From: an uncultured Eubacteriales bacterium
GTDB lineage: Bacteria > Bacillota > Clostridia > TANB77 > CAG-508
Direction: 5' to 3'
NCBI GenBank assembly: GCA_949288175.1
Contig: CASEIV010000006.1
Span: 77 to 64,076, forward strand
DNA length: 64,000 nucleotides
Part shown: positions 59,390 through 64,000 of the stretch, in pieces
Position numbering within the stretch: the first letter of the stretch is position 1
Layout: each line of letters starts with the position of its first letter
Position numbers and translations under genes: made by a program
Notes under the pieces: generated by a model
What the model saw: the letters and a program-made list of their open reading frames with translations, nothing else
What the model was told of the DNA's origin: nothing
Databases searched by the model: none

Positions 59390-62300
59390 TTACATATAAA
59401 CTTCAATATTACACACTCTATTACTTCCATCTAATTTAATCTTATTCTCAACCTCTTCTCCATTTAATAATACTTTTTCTACTCCTGTATTTTTTTGATT
59501 AGTATTGATAACTTTTATATTATAAATACTATCCTTCCATTTATATCTCATTAAATATTCCTTCCAATCTTTTGGAATGCATGGAGCTATCGTTAGATAT
59601 CCTTCTTTTACTTTTAGACCTAATATATATTCGATTCCTGCAGTATAATACCAACTACTTGAACCAGTATACCAAGTCCAACCTCCTCTTCCAGCTAAAT
59701 TACCAGCTCCATAAATATCTGCTGCAATGGCATATGGTTCTACCTTATATTTACTACTCGCATCTTTCGTTCTTGCATGTTCGATTGGATTAATCATTCG
59801 ATAAAATTCTAAGGATTTATCACCAAATCCTAATAATGCTTCTGCAATAATTGCCCAACAACTGCTATGTGTATATTGTCCTCCATTTTCTCTAACACCT
59901 GGTAAATAAGCTTTGATATATCCTGGCTCTAAATGGCCTTTTTCAAATGGTGGGTCTAATAATTTAATAATCCCATTTTCTTTATCGACTAAATGATTTT
60001 CTAAACTTTCCATCGAAATATATTTTTTATCATTATCTCCTGCTTTTGATATAATACTCCAACTTTGTGCAATACTATCAATTCTACATTCATCATTTTC
60101 CATACTTCCTAATACATTGCCATCATCCATAAAAGCCCTTTTATACCATCTGCCATCCCAACCATTTGTATTTAATGCTTTTTTTAGTTGAATTTTGATT
60201 TCTTTCCATTTTTTCACTCGACTTTTCTCTTCTTTATCATCATCTTTTTCGCCATATTTATCTCTATTTTCTATTTCTTCTTTGTGTATACTGTTAATTT
60301 GCCCTTTTCCTTCTGTCTCTTTTTCTTCCAAATTGATTTGTTTATTTACAAGATTGAATCCTTGCTGATTTTTCTCTAAATTAAGGTTTTCTGGTAAATG
60401 TTGTTCTTTTTTGGATTCCATCATTTCACATATAGGAATAAATTCATCTAAAATATTGTATAAGAAAAATCCTAACCAGACACTTTCTCCTCGTCCTTTA
60501 TTTCCTACTGTGCTAAATCCATCATTCCAATCTCCACTACCAATTTTCGGTAATCCATTTTCTCCAAAATTGAAACTCTTTTCTATTGCTCTAATACAAT
60601 GTAAATACATACTTTCTTGCTTTTCACTTTGTGGATATTGGTCATATCTTTCATCTACACCTTCTTCTAGTATAGCACCTTTTAAATATGGTGTTTCAAT
60701 TTCTAAAATACTAGTATCTCCTGTAAAATGGATATATTGTAGTACAAGATATGGTAACCATAATAAATCATCTGAAAATCTTGTTCGAATCCCTCTACCC
60801 GTTTCTTCATGCCACCAATGTTCTACATCTCCTTCTTCAAATTGATGTTTACTATGCTTGATAATTTGCTGTTTCAAAAATTCTGGTGAAATATATTTTA
60901 AAGCAATGGTATCTTGTAATTGATCTCTAAAACCAAAAGCACCTCCTGATTGATAATATCCACTTCTTCCTAAAAGTCTACTTTCTAATGTTTGATAAAT
61001 ACACCAACCATTTAGTAAAATATTGGTTGATTCTAATGGTGTATATATTTGAAGTTTTCCTAATAGGTCTTTCCAATAATTTTTTACACGTTCCAATTCT
61101 TGCCTACAATTCTGTAATTTACTATATTTATATGACATATTTTTACAATCAATATTGGTTTCTTCTGCGCCTAAAACAAAAGAAATTTCTTTATTTGAAA
61201 AACTTTCAATGTCTACTTCGATTTCTAATACAATACAGGCATCTCTACCAATTGCATTACTATTATTTAGTCTAATTTTTTTGATACCATCTGGATTGGA
61301 TAATCCATGTTTTCCTAAGAAGAATTTCTTATCTCCTGTATAGCTTTTTATTTTTTCACTAGCTGACACATATAATTTGGTATTCTCTATTTCACTAGCA
61401 TATACATTACATGCTGTTAATATATTACTATTTCTATCAAATTTGATACTAATATTGCCAGATGTTTTAAATTCATCTTCTCCCATCACTGGTTTGATAT
61501 AATAATATAATTTTAGATGTTTTCGATTTGGTGTTTTATTACTTAAATTTAAAATACCAATTTTACAACTATCTTCTCTTGGAACAAAGATTTCTAATTC
61601 TTGTTCCATTCCTAGATTGCTATGGATATATTTACAATAGCCAAAACCATAGATGACATTATAATTTCGATTATCTGGCATTGGGTTTAACCCTAAAGAC
61701 CAGCTTTTCTTTGTATCCATATCTTTTATATAGATAACTTCTGACGGAATATCAAAACTTGGATTATTATTCCAACTAGTTAATCGATTTAATCGACTAT
61801 TTTTATACCAACTATATCCTCCCATATTTTCTGTGACAATGGTTCCAAATTTTTCATTTGCCATAATATGTGACCATACTGTTGGCAATCGATTTTCTTT
61901 ATTGGTACGTATCCAATACTCTTTTCCATCTTCTGAAAAAGCCCCATATTCATTGTAGTATTTTAAATTTTCTGTATCTTTTAAAATATCCACATCTTCT
62001 GTATTTTCTTCAACAAATTGATTTACAGTTTCTTCTTCACTAATTTCTTTATAGTTTTCTAGATAGGTTTCTTCTATTTCTTTTAGATTATTTTCTAAAT
62101 TTCCTTTTGCACAGTCAATTGTGATAACAGATATAAATTCTAGAAATGTAATATCTTTTTTATCCATTTCTTCTTCATTTAAGATAAAAATGCCACCTTT
62201 TATATTTTTTAAATATCCCATATGTTGATTTAATATGGTAGAATCAATTTCTTCTCTTACATAATTTTCATAACTATATTTTTCTTCATCCATAATGACA

Positions 62301-64000
62301 ATTTCTGTTTCTACATTCTTGGTTCTAAAATATTCATAAGCCTTTAATACTTCTTTTAGACCTTGTACATCATTTGCATTTTTCATTTTTACCAAAATAA
62401 TTGGTAAGTCTCCTGATATTCCATATTTCCATAAATCACTTTGTTTATAAGTTTGTGTTTGATGGATTTTCTCTTTTTCTACACTTTTCATAGAATCATC
62501 AAATACAATATAAGATAACATCTTTTGATACATTTCAATGTCTTTTCCCTTCATATTTAAATATCGTGTTTCTGCTTCTACTCTTGCTTTTGACAATTCA
62601 AATTCATTTTTTACATTTTCAAATGATGTATATTTTTCTAAGTTTTGAATGGCTTGTTCTTTTTCTTCTTCTACAGATAATATAAAATCAATCACGACTT
62701 TTTCCTGTCTCTTTATTTTGATGGTTCTTTTCATGGCGATTACTGGTTCTGTCACCAGTCCTATTTTTTTAGAAAATGGCAAAGAATCTTTTACCATTTT
62801 GGGTATTGTTAAATTACCTCTTCCAATAAATTTTTCCTCTTCTATTTCATATTCTAAATCACCAATTCTATCTTCTCTACTTGCATGTAATGTGGTTGCT
62901 AAATAAACTTCTTTTACTCCCAATTCTCTTTTCTTTCTTTTGACAAGTAATGCTTCATTTTTTTCGTCATATCCATACACTAAAAATAGATTATTAAAGG
63001 ATGGGTGGGCATAATATTGCTCTTTTGGTGTTAAGATTGGTTCAAAATATCCTGTCAATTCTATAATTTCTTCTTCATTTCCCAAGTTTTCTATTATCAT
63101 TCTTCTTAATTCTACTGGTTCATTTGAAGCAACGGTTGTTTTTATCATTGCTTTTATATTTCCACTCACTATCTCTTGTTCATTTTTATCTGGCATAAAT
63201 CGAATTTGGTATTGATTTTCATTTTTGATATTTTGTGAATAACTAGAACTCATGATTTGTTTATTTTTGATACTTTTGATATAAAATATCATTCCTTGTG
63301 TATAGTCATCTGTACGTTTAAAATGATTGATATACATATTTTTATATTTGCTAACGCCTTCTCCTTTTTGATTCATCGCTATCATATAATTTTCATTAGA
63401 AATAACATTTCCCGTCATCAATCTTTCATCTATTTTGGTATATGTTCTTACAATATAATCTTCATAATCTTTATATTTTAATTTTTCTACCTTTTCCTTA
63501 TCTTCTTTTGTGATAATAGCTTTTTCTGGCATTGTCTCTTGAAGTAAGATAGTAACTGCTTGTATTTCTGGATTTTTCGTAAATCGTTTTTGCAAAATGA
63601 GTTGATTGATTAAATTATTGATTGCTAATAAAATTAATCCTTGATGATGTGCCATATAGGTTTTCACGACTTCTGCTTGTTTTCCTTTTTTCACTCTTTC
63701 TGGTGTAAAATCTAAAGATTCATAAAATCCATATTGGTTATACATACCATATTGTTCTAATACTTTTAAATTTTTCACCACTTCTTTTGGAATATCTGTA
63801 ATGGCTAAAATACTGCCATAAGAAGATACCACCATTTCATCTGCCAGTCCTCTTTTTAGTCCTAACCATGGGATTCCAAATGCTTTATATTGATAATTAG
63901 ATTGTAAATCTTTTAAATTAAATGCTGCTTCTGATACACCAAATGGTAAATGCATTTCTTCTGCATATTTCATTTGACTCATCATCATAAATTTACAAGA
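59390..64000 (-). CDS. Cyclic beta-1,2-glucan synthase-like / GH94 glycosyl phosphorylase-like giant protein. At least 1532 aa lie in the window. The N-terminus is probably beyond the window end.
   Basis: GH94 catalytic signatures GGAFGFRDQLQD and HWWHEETGRGIRTRFSDDLLWLP. The ORF runs to the window edge. Confidence 0.7.
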   Translation of the reverse strand, partial: SCKFMMMSQMKYAEEMHLPFGVSEAAFNLKDLQSNYQYKAFGIPWLGLKRGLADEMVVSSYGSILAITDIPKEVVKNLKVLEQYGMYNQYGFYESLDFTPERVKKGKQAEVVKTYMAHHQGLILLAINNLINQLILQKRFTKNPEIQAVTILLQETMPEKAIITKEDKEKVEKLKYKDYEDYIVRTYTKIDERLMTGNVISNENYMIAMNQKGEGVSKYKNMYINHFKRTDDYTQGMIFYIKSIKNKQIMSSSYSQNIKNENQYQIRFMPDKNEQEIVSGNIKAMIKTTVASNEPVELRRMIIENLGNEEEIIELTGYFEPILTPKEQYYAHPSFNNLFLVYGYDEKNEALLVKRKKRELGVKEVYLATTLHASREDRIGDLEYEIEEEKFIGRGNLTIPKMVKDSLPFSKKIGLVTEPVIAMKRTIKIKRQEKVVIDFILSVEEEKEQAIQNLEKYTSFENVKNEFELSKARVEAETRYLNMKGKDIEMYQKMLSYIVFDDSMKSVEKEKIHQTQTYKQSDLWKYGISGDLPIILVKMKNANDVQGLKEVLKAYEYFRTKNVETEIVIMDEEKYSYENYVREEIDSTILNQHMGYLKNIKGGIFILNEEEMDKKDITFLEFISVITIDCAKGNLENNLKEIEETYLENYKEISEEETVNQFVEENTEDVDILKDTENLKYYNEYGAFSEDGKEYWIRTNKENRLPTVWSHIMANEKFGTIVTENMGGYSWYKNSRLNRLTSWNNNPSFDIPSEVIYIKDMDTKKSWSLGLNPMPDNRNYNVIYGFGYCKYIHSNLGMEQELEIFVPREDSCKIGILNLSNKTPNRKHLKLYYYIKPVMGEDEFKTSGNISIKFDRNSNILTACNVYASEIENTKLYVSASEKIKSYTGDKKFFLGKHGLSNPDGIKKIRLNNSNAIGRDACIVLEIEVDIESFSNKEISFVLGAEETNIDCKNMSYKYSKLQNCRQELERVKNYWKDLLGKLQIYTPLESTNILLNGWCIYQTLESRLLGRSGYYQSGGAFGFRDQLQDTIALKYISPEFLKQQIIKHSKHQFEEGDVEHWWHEETGRGIRTRFSDDLLWLPYLVLQYIHFTGDTSILEIETPYLKGAILEEGVDERYDQYPQSEKQESMYLHCIRAIEKSFNFGENGLPKIGSGDWNDGFSTVGNKGRGESVWLGFFLYNILDEFIPICEMMESKKEQHLPENLNLEKNQQGFNLVNKQINLEEKETEGKGQINSIHKEEIENRDKYGEKDDDKEEKSRVKKWKEIKIQLKKALNTNGWDGRWYKRAFMDDGNVLGSMENDECRIDSIAQSWSIISKAGDNDKKYISMESLENHLVDKENGIIKLLDPPFEKGHLEPGYIKAYLPGVRENGGQYTHSSCWAIIAEALLGFGDKSLEFYRMINPIEHARTKDASSKYKVEPYAIAADIYGAGNLAGRGGWTWYTGSSSWYYTAGIEYILGLKVKEGYLTIAPCIPKDWKEYLMRYKWKDSIYNIKVINTNQKNTGVEKVLLNGEEVENKIKLDGSNRVCNIEVYM

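Overview
The window is an AT-rich chromosomal segment (roughly 28-30% GC by eye) from a low-GC, spore-forming Firmicute of the Clostridia type. Nearly all genes are on the minus strand.

Gene content, by coordinate:
- 1-6808: the 5' part of a giant repetitive cell-surface protein gene (DUF285/BspA-like leucine-rich repeats, internal ~2.35 kb duplications). Upstream neighbours are a TasA/camelysin-like secreted protein and a Lys-rich protein.
- 10.9-21.6 kb: tRNA-Met, a short-form alaS, ylmC, then the sporulation and division block sigG, sigE, spoIIGA, ftsZ, ftsA, sbp, two DUF881 genes and divIB.
- 22.9-24.1 kb: murA.
- 24.4-26.1 kb: a small accessory islet with a DUF4258 / YgiT-zinc-finger toxin-antitoxin-like pair, a decayed duplicate of the antitoxin, a Bro-N-like fragment and a membrane protein.
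- 26.4-30.9 kb: housekeeping genes (HAD hydrolases, LD-carboxypeptidase, cdd, NUDIX, rsmA).
- 31.1-33.6 kb: a plus-strand PASTA-domain PBP with an unusual Lys/Asn-rich N-terminal extension.
- 33.7-37.5 kb: a Rpn/PD-(D/E)XK transposase-like gene, ispH, ispG and an orphan OmpR-type response regulator.
- 37.9-41.1 kb: porCDAB (four-subunit pyruvate/2-oxoacid:ferredoxin oxidoreductase) on the plus strand.
- 41.1-44.1 kb: a thiamine pyrophosphokinase gene broken by a frameshift in an A5 run, a 56-aa clostridial ferredoxin not in the ORF track, yaaT/ricT and holB.
- 44.1-44.4 kb: a ~230-bp element with ~37-bp perfect terminal inverted repeats.
- 44.4-57.9 kb: lepB, a sensor histidine kinase, then the second half of the dcw cluster: murG, ftsW/spoVE, mraY, murE, a SpoVD/FtsI-type PBP, ftsL, rsmH and mraZ with AGTGG operator repeats.
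- 58.1-64.0 kb: an XRE regulator, a higher-GC M15-peptidase/PG-binding endolysin-like gene, and a partial GH94 (cyclic beta-1,2-glucan synthase-like) giant gene.

Most interesting:
1. A 539-aa cytoplasmic protein inserted in the dcw cluster between ftsL and the PBP gene. It fuses an R-S-ExE ADP-ribosyltransferase domain (VVYRG, LVSTSTD and EHEIILPP motifs) to a C-terminal HD-type phosphohydrolase domain. This is a candidate undescribed ADP-ribosylation (possibly phosphoribosylation-type) system.
2. At least three families of intergenic palindromic, REP-like repeat elements that create spurious 'MSMRH' and 'MLRPQNH' ORFs.
3. An array of ten CTTTTGTAT direct repeats in an abnormally long mraZ-rsmH spacer.
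4. The frameshifted thiN gene.
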